Origin: Gracilinanus agilis
Taxonomy: Eukaryota
Direction of reading: 5' to 3'
NCBI RefSeq assembly: GCF_016433145.1
Contig: NC_058130.1
Location: 758,423,738-758,487,737 of the forward strand
Length of the DNA stretch: 64,000 nucleotides
Shown here: positions 1 to 10,960 of the stretch, in pieces
Layout of the letters: each line of letters opens with the position of its first letter
Position numbering within the stretch: the stretch's first letter is position 1
The notes under the pieces: generated by a model
What the model saw: only the letters and a program-made list of their open reading frames with translations
Told to the model about the DNA's origin: nothing
The model's database searches: none
Translations under genes and position numbers: made by a program

Positions 1-208
1 GCTCCAGCTCCCCATGGCAGCTCCCCATGGCTCGAGGGGAACAAAGGAGCGGAATGGCTCTGGCCCGCCCCCCCCCTCCATCCAGGCCCAATAAGAGCGC
101 CGCCCTAAGAGCAGACACACGAGATCTCATCTGGGACAGGCGAGTGCAAGGAGACCGAGGCAGCCCACATCAAGTGACTTGCCCAGGGTCACCCCATCTG
201 AGCCCTAC

Positions 209-394
209 CTCTACACGGCCCTCCTCCTCCTCCTCCTGGTTCTCTGGGGTGGGGGGGGTCGGGCCGGGCTGGGGCCGCTGTCGCTCCTGCTGACCCTTCT
301 GGAACTTGGCGATGGCCTTGTGGTCCCGCTTCCGCTTGGCCCGCATCACCTGGCTGCCCGGGTCCCGGGGGGTGGCGTTGATCTCGAAGATGGT
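209..394 (-). CDS. DDX54: DDX54 exon 15
   Basis: cccag|ACC ATC TTC GAG ([20 protein letters not shown]...EGRVE); donor GAG|gtaggg. Confidence 0.9.
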
Positions 395-3300
395 CTGGGG
401 GTGAAGGAGAGCACAAACCTCGGTCCCCCTCTGGTCTCGCCCCCTGCCTCGAGGCCCCGAGGTGACCCGAGCCCCGACCAGCGCTGAGCCCTCCAGGGCG
501 GACACGGCGTGAGGAGAGCCCTTGGAAAATTAAAGGAGGGTCTCCAGGACAGGCTAAACCCCAAACCGCCCGGGCCCAGCCCGCAGGCTGCTCGCACTCA
601 CAGCCCGGGCTCGGTAGTTCTTGATGCTGTCCACAAGCTTCATCCTCTCCAACTCGTCACCCTCAAAGCGGGAGCCTGCAGGAGACAGAGGGAGGCCGTG
701 AGCGGCGCCCGTCCTGCCCCGGCCCCCGCGCCCCCAGCATGGTGGGGCACTCACTGAAGAGGGGGTGCAGGCCCAAGAGGCTGGGGTCCAGGTCCTTGGC
801 CCTCTTGATGGACTCGGGGGAGGGCCCCGGCCGGGAGCGCACGTATTGCTTGTGGGCGTTCTCAGCCACCCGCCGCAGGCTCTGGAGCTCGGAGGAGCCG
901 TCGTGGTCCGTGATGAGGCGGCACTCCTCGTCGTCCACCACGTTCCGGGGCACCCGGCCCAGCACGCCGTCCGCTGCCGCGTCTGGAAGGAGCCGAGGGG
1001 CCGCCAGCTTCAGCCTCCCTTTACTGAGGAGGGATCTGAGGCTCAGCGTGGCCGAATCTCGCCCGGACACGGCCCCTCACCGCTGTCTGCCTCAGTTTCC
1101 TCACCTGTAAAACGAGGGCAGCGGTGCCCCCTTCTCTAGTGCCGAGAAGACAAACGTAAAGCACTTGGCAAACCTGAGGGCGGGAGCTCCCAGCACCGCT
1201 GTGTGTCACAACAACCACAGCGGACCCTCCTGACGGTCCCAGCGACAGCGCCATTCCGTGGGTGCTTTGTACCAACTAGTCTGCACCGCCTCCCCCCGGA
1301 ACAAAAGGGGTGGCAGAGGGTGGGGGAGAATCCTCAGCTGGGGGGCGTCACTAATGTGGGCACCCCCCGAGCCCCTTCCTTGTGGGCCCATTTCCTAAGG
1401 TGTGACAGGAAGAAGCTTGGGCTAAATAGTCCTCAAGTCCTTTCCCTGGGCGAGACCCCCCCCAGCCCCCACAAGCATGGCCCCTCCACCAGGGCGTCAC
1501 AGAGCCCCACGGCTCACACTGTGTTGGTCTCAAGGCAGCGTTGCGGGATGGCCGGACTGGTAGGTGACTTGCCCAGGGTCACCCCACTAGGAAGCGTCTG
1601 AGGCCACATTGGAACCCAGGACTCCCGCCTTTGAGCCTGGCTCTCCATCCACTGAGCCCCACGGCTGCCCCCGCAGCTCAGTCTCAAGAACTGTCTGGTG
1701 CCCCAGAGCAGGGCCCCCCCTGGGGTCCCCTAGGAACCTGCCTCTCTGTGGCTCCCCCCGCCTCCTGGGCTGAGGCCGCCCGACACTGGGCAGCCCCTTT
1801 GTGGTCCACGGCTCTGGTGGGGAGCTCTGACGGGGGTCTGTGGCGGGGGTCTCGCCTGCAAACAGGAGGCTCTACAAACCTGAGCGCTCCATGCAGGGAG
1901 CAGAAGGGAGGCGCCTGTCCTCCCGCCCTCTGTCACAAAGACCCGGCTCTGCCCGCAGGGTGGGGGCTCCTCCCCCCCGTTCCCCACCCCCTCCCCAGGG
2001 CCCACCCGGCTACCTGATGGCTTCTCGTTGGGGGTGGCGAGGGTGAGTGGACGCCCCAAGAAGAGGTGAAGGTCCAAGACGTAGGGGACCTCGTCGGGGG
2101 CCACCAGGGAGTAAGCCGAGCCGCTTCTGCCCGCTCGCGCCACACGGCCTGCACAAAAGCAATGTGAGGGGGAATGCCGGGAGGGAGCCGAGCGCCGAGG
2201 CCGGGCCCCCCGGATCCAGGCAGCCCATCCCCGTTTCCCCTTCTATAAAAGGGGGCGACAACCAGCTCTGTGCAGCTTCACAGGCGTCTGGGAGGCTCAA
2301 CAGCGAGCCGCGCGCTGCCGGAGTCGAGGGGCACCGCCGCACGGACTGGGGCGTCTGCTGTTATTGGGAGGTGCTGTGGTGACCCCCCAGAACCCGAACT
2401 GTCCTACGAGGGGATTCGGGGGGGGGGGGTCCCGGCATAGGAGCTTTGCGGCGGGCTCGGAGGCTCAGCCGGCCCAGACACTCACCCACTCGGTGCAGGA
2501 AGAGCTTGCTCTTGGCAGGGAAGTTGTAGTTGACCACGTTGTCCAGCAGGGGGATGTCCAGGCCGCGGGCGGCCACGTCGGTGACGATGAGGGCCGGGCA
2601 CTGGCCGTGGACAAAGCGGGCCAGGTTGATCTTGCGTGCAGTCTGGTCCAGGGCGCTGTAGATGTGGGTGCAGCCCACGCCCTGGGCCGTCAGCAGCTGA
2701 GACGGGACAGAGACGGTGAGGCGAGACCCCCGCCCCTCCCCCCGCCGCCAGGAAGCCGCCCCGTCAGCCCCCACCACGTGTGTCAAATACCGACAACGGG
2801 AGGCAGTCGGGGGGCTCCGGGGAGAGCCAGGCCTGGAGATGGGAGGTCCTGGGCGAGCCCCCGACCCCCACCTCCCCGGCCTCGCCGCTCTCCTGCCTGT
2901 CCGACAAGGGGGTGCAGCCCGCACACACAGGCCGTGCCCTGGGAGACGTCGGTGTGCAGCGGCCTTGAGTGTGTGTGAGTGTGAGGCAGTGTGTGTGCCG
3001 TGTCAGTGTGTCAGCGTGTCACGCGTGTCCTAAATGCCCCCACGCAGCGCCCCCTCACCTCCGTGAGGTACTCGGCCTCGTGCTTGGTGGCCACAAAGAC
3101 CACCGTCTGGTCCTGGGGCCGGACGAGGTTCCGCAGGATGTGGAGGAGCACCGCCGGCTTGTCGTCCCGACGAACGTGGAAGAAAGCCGTCTGGGGCGGG
3201 GAGAAGAGCGCGTGAGGCCGGGCTAGGGCGGAGGAGGGCCTCCCCATGCAGGGACCAACAGCTAAGGGCCTCCCAGCCCAGCCCGGGCCCAGGCCGCACC

Positions 3301-6300
3301 TTCAGCTGCTCATTGAGTTTGGCGTCCACGTCGAGGCGGATCAGCACGGGCTCCGTGAGGCCTGGGGGGGACAGAGCGGCGCTGAGGACGGCTCACCCCC
3401 AGCGCGCCCCCCACCCCCAAGGGAGGGCCCCGCCGAGGACGAGGGCGGCTCACCGGCGCGGGCGAACTCCACGAGAAGCTTGGGCAGCGTGGCGGAGAAG
3501 AGCACCGTCTGGTGGTCCTCGGGGAGGCGCCCCATGATCTCCTGCAGCTGCTCCGCAAAGCCCATCTCAAACAGCCTGGGGAGGGGCAGGGAGGTGGGGG
3601 CCGGCCCAGGGGGTCACAGACACGAGCTATGACCACCCTCATTTTTACAAATGAGGAAACTGAGGCTAATAGGTCAGTGCTTTGTCCTGGGCCACACAGT
3701 TGGGGTGAAGGGTCTGAGGCAGGATTCGAACTCCAGCCTTCCCAACAGCGGGTCAGGCGTCCTTAGCCTCGCTGTCCTGGGCTGCCTCATTATGAACAGG
3801 CACCGTCCCTGCCCGGCCCTCCCCACTATGCAGGGGCGACCCCGAAGGGAGCGAGGTGGGATGGGGGCCTCGAGGGCCGGGCAGGGGAGCCCCCCGCCAG
3901 CCCCTCACCTGTCTGCCTCATCGAACACGGCGTACTGCACGCTCTGCAGCTTCAGGTTCATCTCCACGGCCACGTGCATCAGGCGCCCGGGGGTGGCGAT
4001 GATTCTGCAGAGACGGCCCCCTCTGTCACCCCGGCTGCCCTTCCCCGGCCCCCGCCCTCCCCAGCACTCCCCCTCCCTCAAGCTCGGGGAGGGACCCAAA
4101 GGCAGCCTCCCCCAGACTCACATATCGGGGTTCTCATGCAGCGCCGCAAACTGGTCCTCCATCCTGTCAAAGAGAAGACAAAGCGCCTGTGTCGGGCCGC
4201 CCCCCCCGCCCTGCGCTTGTTTCTAACTCGGGTCCTCTGACTCTCCTGCGCCGCTGCGGCTGGACTCAGAATCAGGAAGGCCTGCCCGGCCCACGGCGGC
4301 CGCCTCCTCGTCCCTACTCGTTCCTTTATTTTTCCAGGGACGCGAGAAACAACGCCTGACGATTGTTTCTGGCCTCTCAGGCTGCTCATCTCTAAAGCTC
4401 AGCACCGCCACCTGCTCGCTCCAGAAGCACCAGAGCGGCGCCGGCCCGACCCCTTGGACGGGAGAGAAGCAAAGGCAGGACCAGGCCTGGTGGCGGCTGG
4501 ACAGGCCGCGGCTCTCCTGATCCTGGAGCGGGGCAGGGAGGGGACGAGGCCTTCTGAAGATGAGGAGGCTGAGAAAATCCAACGAGCGGGGACTTGGGGC
4601 TGATGGACCCAAAGGGAAGGAGCCACTTGATGCTCTCAGGGGCAAAGAAGAGGATAACCAAGAGGGCATGTGTGAGGGAGCCTCGGAAACAAAGACTACC
4701 CCAAAGGCACGGGGGGCATTTGTAAAGAGGGGGGCTACAGCTAATGGGGAGACAGCCTAATGTCATCTGAAGAACCCCAAGTTCCTGGATGCAATAAGGC
4801 ATAGCAGGAAAAAAGAACGAGCCCAGAACGGGCTCCGATCTGCTACTTATTTTAGAACAACGTGGGCTGCTGGACTTGACTCACTGGCTGAACACGAGCA
4901 AATTGCTAGAGGTCTCTAGGACTCAGTTTCCCCCTCTGTAAGAAAGAGGATCCTAGCCCTGCCTCCCTGCCTGTCCCACAAAAGTACTGAGGATCCAGGG
5001 AGATCACGGACATAAAATCCTTTGGCTTCCCAGGTGTGGGAGCCCCTTCCACCAACACCCAGAGATGGCAGCCTATCTGTTAAGCTCCGACCGTGCGGTC
5101 AGTGTGGCCTGGGCTTCCCCTGGCAGAGATGGCATTTGAACCTAAGCCTTCCGGCACCGGACCTGCTGGATCACAGGCGTCTCATAAAGAAGAGTCCCCA
5201 GGGAGGGGCCCACCACACAGGCACCCAGAAAGCAGTCCCGTCTTGAAGGAGGGCCAGTCAGCTTTGCTGGACTGTGGCTCCTTTTTACTCTTTTGTGCCA
5301 AAGGAGGAGGAGAAGCTACGCTGGCACGAACGCAGGGACGTCCTGGGAAACGAAGACCACTAGCGCAACCCAGTCAGTGACAAGACACGAGACAGGAGAA
5401 GCTGGCACGGACGCGGGCACTGCCGTTGTGGGACTGCTGTTGGGGCAGGAGGGGAGGGAGGGGGTCTGAAGCACTTACTTGTCTCCCCCAAGGATCAGGG
5501 CCGTCTTCAGGCCAGTGAACTTGCCCAGCTGTGGAGCAAAGGAGGCAGAAGGTGACGCCAGAGAAAGCTCCAAAGATTCTGCCCTTTACTCTGAGTCTGC
5601 CAGAGGACGCTCATTCCCCCTTCCAGAGTTCAGGAGTTTATTTTTTATGTTGATAATTGGGCATCACAATAAATCTGAATTATGCAAATCCAACTTTATA
5701 TAAAGGATTCTCAAAGAACTCTGCACACACCCCAAGGCACCCACTAGCCTTTTTGTACAGTGCTCCCTCCCAGGGAAACCAGAATGGACGTGGAGAGACC
5801 TCTGCGTGCCCACATGCCCAGCTCCCACGTGTCTGTCTTTTGTCTGTCTTGCCAGGTACCACACCTGGCCCCAGCCCCTGCCTGCCCCCCATCAGTTCTT
5901 CCTCTCAGCTCTAGCCAGGCTTCCACATGACTGCCCGGGCCCTGCCTGCTCCTCCTGCTCTGGCTTCTCTGTCCTGAGCCCTGACATGTCCTGTATTCCA
6001 TGGTGGCCCCTGGGCCTCACAGGCACACAGCCCCCAGCCTCCAGCGCACATGGCCCCTGTCTCCTGCCCTCCTTCCCTCACATCTGCGGGCAAATTCACA
6101 AGATATAAAAATCTCTTTGCAGGTCTACAGAATGGCCTCTTAGGGAGAAGTGAGGGTCACTGGTCTCCTACATGCTGTTTTATGCCTTTAAAGGGGTCAG
6201 GACAAAGAAGAGACCCCCCACACCTGGCTTACCTCTTTGGTGAACTTCATTGTCTGCAGGGCCAGCTCCCGGGTGGGTGAGAGGATGAGGGCACGGGCAC

Positions 6301-9300
6301 CTGTCTGGGCACTGTGGGCTTTGAGTTTCTCAAACATGGGAATGAGGAAACAGGCCGTTTTCCCGCTCCCCGTTCGGGCCATGGCCACCACGTCCTTGCC
6401 GTCCAGAATCACTGGGATGGTCTGCAGGGTCAGAGCATGAGGTCATCTTTGTTCCCCCAATCTTCTCACTCAAGGCCAGGAAGGGGCCAAGGTGGGATGA
6501 GGCAGAGATGGAGGGGAAAGGTTCTGGCTACAGACTGGACTGCTAAGAGGGTGAGCTCCTGGGGCCCCCAGATTTCAAGCAGGGGCTGGAGGGCATGCCA
6601 TTCCCACATGGGTTGGGATCAGATGGCCACGAGGTCCCTTCCAACTGTCCGGACTGCAGCTCTGTGAGCCCTGCCCCAGGCCCGCACTGTTGGGGTGATG
6701 TTGCTGAGTCTGGGTCCCCCAAGCGCCCTCGATGGTGAGGGCTCCCATTTTTAGAGGCCACTCCGGTCTCACCCATTTCTTGCTGGATCCTCGACAACCC
6801 CAAGAGAGGCCCCTGCCATACCCATTTTACAGATGGGATGATATAGCATTGGCCTTTGTTTCTCACGGGCCAGCTGGGAAACAAGCATTGGAATAAACCA
6901 TAATATGCAACCTCCAGGGGTGCTGTGATTGGCACCTCGTGTCGGGGAGGCACAGACTGACTGACTGCAGAGAGAACCAGCTCTGGGGGCAGGAGAAGCG
7001 GGGTTCAAGGGCTGCCTTTAACACCAACTGTGAAAAAGGACAGATTTCTGAAGCCCTCCGTATCCAGGCTTCTCTTGAACACAGAGCAGGTGCTGATATG
7101 CCTTGACAGAGCCCTTCCTCACCTGCGAGTGCCCTATAAAGTCCCAGAGTCAGCTAGGGGAGGGAACAACAATGATTGCTCTCATTCCACCTGCAGCAGG
7201 GGCAGGCAGGCGGGGGGCTTCACTCAAGCTCTGGACCCTGGGACAGCTGATGGGGGAGAAAGAGAAGCACCAAGGTACCAGGTCATGCTGATGGAGCTGA
7301 AAAATGCCCAGGCCAGGGAGTCCCCAGCAGGGCTGGGCAACTCTGGACAAGTCCCCAAGCCTCCTGGGGACCCAGAGACTCTAAGCCGGGAACAGACTTG
7401 AGTTTTTGAATGGAGATTGAAGGCCGAGAGCAGGTCTCTGCACTGGGGGAGGAGCTCTTCTCTGGAACTCCCTCTAGCAATAAAAGCCCAGAGCTGGTTA
7501 AAAAGGGTTCAGAGACCCAAGTTCCAGTCCTGGCAGAGGTACTGACTCGATGAGCAACTGGGCAAGTCTGGCCTTGGTTTCCTCACTGGCAAAAATGGAA
7601 GAGGAGGATTGTTTTGAAGACGAGAAGGTAAAAGGTACCTTAAGGTAACTAAGAGAGAAGTGGTCATTTTAAAGGGAGTCCAAGAGACTTAGCAGAGAGC
7701 TGGTCTTGAAATTTGGAAACCCTGGATTCGAGTCCTGTCTCCAGACCAATTTAGCCTCTCTGAGCTCTGGGTGGCTCTTAAGAATCTAAGTTTCAGAGAA
7801 GGTGCTGCCCTGCATGAGGACTTTTCTTCCTCCGATGGGACGTTCCCTACAGCAATGAAAACAAGGGTCAAGGCCTACTCCTCTTTCCATTTTAAAGAGA
7901 ACTGAATCCACAGAATCCCTCATTTCCTTCTAGAAGAGGCACCCAGGTGGGGCTAGGGTTGGGGGAGGGATTCCAGGGCTAGGGCTTCCCTCACCTTCCT
8001 CTGGATGGGCGTGGGCACCTTGTAGCCCTTCTTCATGATGCCTTTGAAGACCGGGTAGCTCAAGCCTGGGGAGACACCAAAGACGGCCGGGTTCCAGGAT
8101 GAGGCTGGAGTCCCGGACCCCAAACCTCCAAACCCCAATCAGGGCTGAGCACGTTTGCAGGATCATTTTGTACTCTCCATGCCAGTGTTGATTTGTTATC
8201 TAAGAGTCGGCCCCAGAGCCTGGGGCCTGGGTCAAATCTTGCCTCTGAGGTGCACTGGCTGGGCCCCTTGGGCAGGTTACCCAGGCAACTGGTCCAGAAG
8301 ATGCTGCCCGACACAGGTGTAAGGGACCAGCAAATGACAGGTCCAGCCCCACACCCTCCATTCTATGCTCACACACACTTACACATGCACGCATACAATT
8401 TCCCAAATCCAGTCTCTGCTTGTGTTTTCCCCTTGTCCTGGCAGTGGTTCCCCCTTCCCCCTCTTCCAGCTCAAGCATGCCCAGCACCCTGAGCCCCCCA
8501 GCTCCGATGGAGGAACCCCCTGAGAGCAGAGAGCCTGTCCCAAGGCTCCTGAAGCCCCTCTGCAATCTCACCCATAGACTGGAAGCCTCCTGACTTCTTC
8601 TTCTTCTTGTTTTGGGCACGAACCATTTCCTGGATGTCAGGCTCAACATCTGAGGAGGCCTCCAAAGCGGGGAAGGCAGGCAGGGCCTTCTTGCGACCCG
8701 GCTGGAGTGGGGAGCAAGAGATGGGGTCACTCGGGACTGCCCCGCTATCTGGATGGGGAGGGTGGAGGTAGGGGGCCGACAGCGGCCTCTCAGCCTCATT
8801 TCTCTCTAAAGCACTTCTTGCCTTCTGCAGCCCCTCTACTGCCCAAGAGTGAAGGTCAAATTCCTGAGTTTGGCATTCAAGGCCCTCCTCTCTCTTTATA
8901 TATATACACACACACATTTTATAACACCCTCACCTCCCACCTTAGAATCAATACTAGGTATTGGTTTCAAGGCAGAAGGGTGGTAAGGGTAGGCAATGGG
9001 GGTCAAGTGACTTGCCCAGGGTCACACAGCTGGGAAGTGTCTGAGGCTACATTTGAACCCAGGACCTCCCGTCTCTAGGCCTGGCTCTCAATCCACTGAG
9101 CCACCCAGCTGCCCCACCCCCACCCCAATATATACAGATTTTAAGACTCACATGGTTAAGTGACTTGCCCAGGGACCCACCGCTAGGAAGTGTGTGAGGC
9201 TGCATCTGGACTCTGGCACCGCTCAGCAGCCCCTCCTTAAATCTAGACAGAAGCCGCCCCCTTCTAGTTCTCTCAACAAACCCTGTGCTTGGAACACAGC

Positions 9301-10710
9301 TGTCCTCCCTGACCCCAACGGGCCACGGCAGAACCTGATTCTATCCCCGCCAAAGCGCTGGTGACCAAACTTCTCCCTTCCTCCCTACGGCCCTTCGGTG
9401 TATAAGAAAATTAAATTAAATTAAATTAAAAAGGACGCGTTTACATTCGCCCACCCCAGAGGGCTGCCCTCTTAAAGCCAAGAGCGGAGGGGGCGGGGCA
9501 GCCTGGGGGCGGGGCCTTCCGGCCCGGAATTTCCGGTCCCGGCATTCCCAGCGTCCCAGGCCCTCGCTTGGGCACACGTGCATTCCCGCGGACACCGCAG
9601 AGGGATTAGTGGGCTGTCTCATGCCTTAAAGTGCTCATTTCCGAAAGGGAATTAATACATAGAGAGCCAGGCTCGGGGACCGGAGGTCCTGGGTTCCAAT
9701 GTGGCCCCAGACCCTTCCCAGCTGGGTGACCCTGGGCAAGTCCCCTCTTGCCCCGTTTGCCTCAGTTTCCTCGTCTGAAAAATGAGCCAGAGAAGGAAAT
9801 GGTGAGCCTCGGGTCTTCCTGACTCCAAGGCCCGAGCTCTATTCACCCTGGTCAGAACAAGTTAGCTTTAAAATAGGAAAGAAAAGCTTTCCTGGTAGGG
9901 TTGTAGTGGGAACAGTTTGTAAACCATAGGAGCTATATAGAACCTCCCTGGAAGCTCTGGGTTCAGGTCCTGCCTTATAGTCTTAATAAACCTTTATTAA
10001 TGGTGGGGCTAGATGGCTCAGTGGATTGAGAGCTGGGCCTAGAGATGGGACAGAAGGTTCCGGGTTCAAATTTTGCCTCAGACACTTCCTAGACATGTGA
10101 CTCCATGCCCAATCGCTTAACCTCCACTCTGCTTAGCCCTTAGCACTCTTCTGTCGATCCTAAGACAGAAGGTAAAGGTTGTTATAAAAAATAAAAAAGC
10201 ATTTATTAAAAGCCCACTGTGTCCTGGCACAGGAGAGGCAAGAGCTCCTGTCGGGAGGAATGGGAGATGGCGTCAAAGAAGGCGGGGTGCCGGGGTTGGG
10301 CGGAAAGAAGCTGCCGCGAGTCTTGGAAGAGCTCGGAAGCCCCCTCAGGGATCCCCACCCGGGTGGTGCCCGCCGCCACGGCTAAGCGCCGCTCTGCCCG
10401 CCCACTCCAGTGACCCTAAGGGAAGGACGCGGAGGAGAGTGGCGATTTCTGATTGGCTGCTAGGACAATGACCCGCTCGTCACTGAGAAGTGGCCAATGA
10501 AGCTCTATATGGGAAGCGAGCGAGTTTCTGGGGATTCTCTGCCGGCTGGCCCGGCACCGTAGGCGGCGCCGCCGATCCTTCGTTCCCGGGCCTAGGCAGG
10601 TCCCCGCTCCCGCCGCCCTTTCCCTCCTTCCCACCCCTTCGGCTACCTACCTTCCTGGCTCGGCCATTCCCTCCCCCTTCGGGCTGGATCTCGAACCCTA
10701 CACCCACCAT
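209..10710 (-). CDS. DDX54: DEAD-box RNA helicase DDX54 (Dbp10 orthologue), coding exons 1-15; 3' end lies outside the window
   Basis: Exons 10710-10651, 8701-8572, 8065-7995, 6421-6233, 5528-5479, 4163-4122, 4004-3909, 3575-3454, 3361-3300, 3190-3059, 2696-2486, 2148-2014, 982-755, 675-602, 394-209 total 1788 nt, all GT-AG with matching phases. Motifs: Q (GGFQSMGL), I (ARTGSGKT), Ia (SPTRELA), Ib (TPGR), II (DEAD), III (SAT), V (ARGLDIP), VI (HRVGRVAR). Confidence 0.97.
602..675 (-). CDS. DDX54: DDX54 exon 14
   Basis: [24 protein letters not shown]; tgcag| and |gtgagt; 74 nt. Confidence 0.95.
755..982 (-). CDS. DDX54: DDX54 exon 13
   Basis: DGVLGRVP...[17 protein letters not shown]...GLHPLF; ttccag| and |gtgagt. 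Confidence 0.95.
1545..1671 (-). mobile_element. Degenerate SINE1_Mdo-like fragment
   Basis: gtgacttgcccagggtcac...gaacccaggac...atccactgagcc...gctgcccc. Confidence 0.75.
2014..2148 (-). CDS. DDX54: DDX54 exon 12
   Basis: [34 protein letters not shown]; 135 nt, GT-AG. Confidence 0.96.
2486..2696 (-). CDS. DDX54: DDX54 exon 11
   Basis: [15 protein letters not shown]...[33 protein letters not shown]; 211 nt. Confidence 0.97.
3059..3190 (-). CDS. DDX54: DDX54 exon 10
   Basis: TAFFHVR...[17 protein letters not shown]; 132 nt. Confidence 0.96.
3300..3361 (-). CDS. DDX54: DDX54 exon 9
   Basis: [21 protein letters not shown]; 62 nt. Confidence 0.96.
3454..3575 (-). CDS. DDX54: DDX54 exon 8
   Basis: [13 protein letters not shown]...[19 protein letters not shown]; 122 nt. 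Confidence 0.97.
3620..3790 (-). mobile_element. MIR/MAR1-type core SINE fragment
   Basis: ttttacaaatgaggaaactgaggct...ggattcgaactc core. Confidence 0.7.
3909..4004 (-). CDS. DDX54: DDX54 exon 7 (DEAD motif)
   Basis: [32 protein letters not shown]; 96 nt. Confidence 0.97.
4122..4163 (-). CDS. DDX54: DDX54 exon 6
   Basis: [14 protein letters not shown] read by hand; tgacag| and |gtgagt; 42 nt. Confidence 0.95.
5479..5528 (-). CDS. DDX54: DDX54 exon 5
   Basis: [17 protein letters not shown] read by hand; ccacag| and |gtaagt; 50 nt. Confidence 0.95.
6233..6421 (-). CDS. DDX54: DDX54 exon 4 (Walker A)
   Basis: [25 protein letters not shown]...[16 protein letters not shown]; 189 nt. Confidence 0.97.
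7995..8065 (-). CDS. DDX54: DDX54 exon 3
   Basis: [24 protein letters not shown]; 71 nt. Confidence 0.97.
8572..8701 (-). CDS. DDX54: DDX54 exon 2
   Basis: [11 protein letters not shown]...[20 protein letters not shown]; ctccag| and |gtgaga; 130 nt. Confidence 0.94.
8922..9115 (-). mobile_element. SINE1_Mdo-like, near full length
   Basis: Reverse complement of the ggggcagctgggtggctcagtggattgagagccaggcctagagacgggaggtcc... consensus seen throughout the window. Confidence 0.9.
10003..10198 (+). mobile_element. SINE1_Mdo-like
   Basis: tRNA-like head, ggttcaaat B-box, A-rich tail. Confidence 0.85.
10651..10710 (-). CDS. DDX54: DDX54 exon 1, coding part (start codon inferred)
   Basis: [20 protein letters not shown] resembles the recalled human FEIQAEDDARARK. 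Donor AAG|gtaggt. ATG context aacATGG is a strong Kozak, and it is the only in-frame ATG in the open frame. Confidence 0.75.
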
Positions 10711-10789
10711 GTTCTGGCCGCACAGCAAGCCCCCCCCGGCCTTGGCTTTTGCCTTCTTCACTCCCAATGAACGCCAAAGCCGTGCGCGC

Positions 10790-10960
10790 GACCGCAAGGC
10801 GAAATCTAGGTGGCCGGCGCTTGCGCGCAGTAGGGGCGGGAGCAGTCCCACTCCCTTCCTGCAGATCTTTACCAATGGGCGGCGCGACCGATGCTCGCGC
10901 AAGCGCAACCACAGGCGCGGATCCTGCCATCTCAGCCACTCGGAGTCCTCGTCCTCCGAG
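10790..10960. promoter_or_regulatory. Bidirectional CpG-island promoter, DDX54/RITA1
   Basis: CpG-dense, between divergent genes; TGCGCGCA palindrome at 10822, GC box GGGGCGGGA near 10833, CCAAT at 10872. TSS positions unknown. Confidence 0.7.

Noticed and set aside
27-4800. Dozens of + strand and alternate-frame ORFs
   Set aside because: Antisense or frame shadows of GC-rich DDX54 exons and introns
10643-10930. Strong-Kozak minus-strand ATG at 10930 as the DDX54 start
   Set aside because: Out of frame with exon 1 and unlike DDX54. It probably lies upstream of the TSS, and would matter only as an overlapping uORF if the TSS is beyond 10930.
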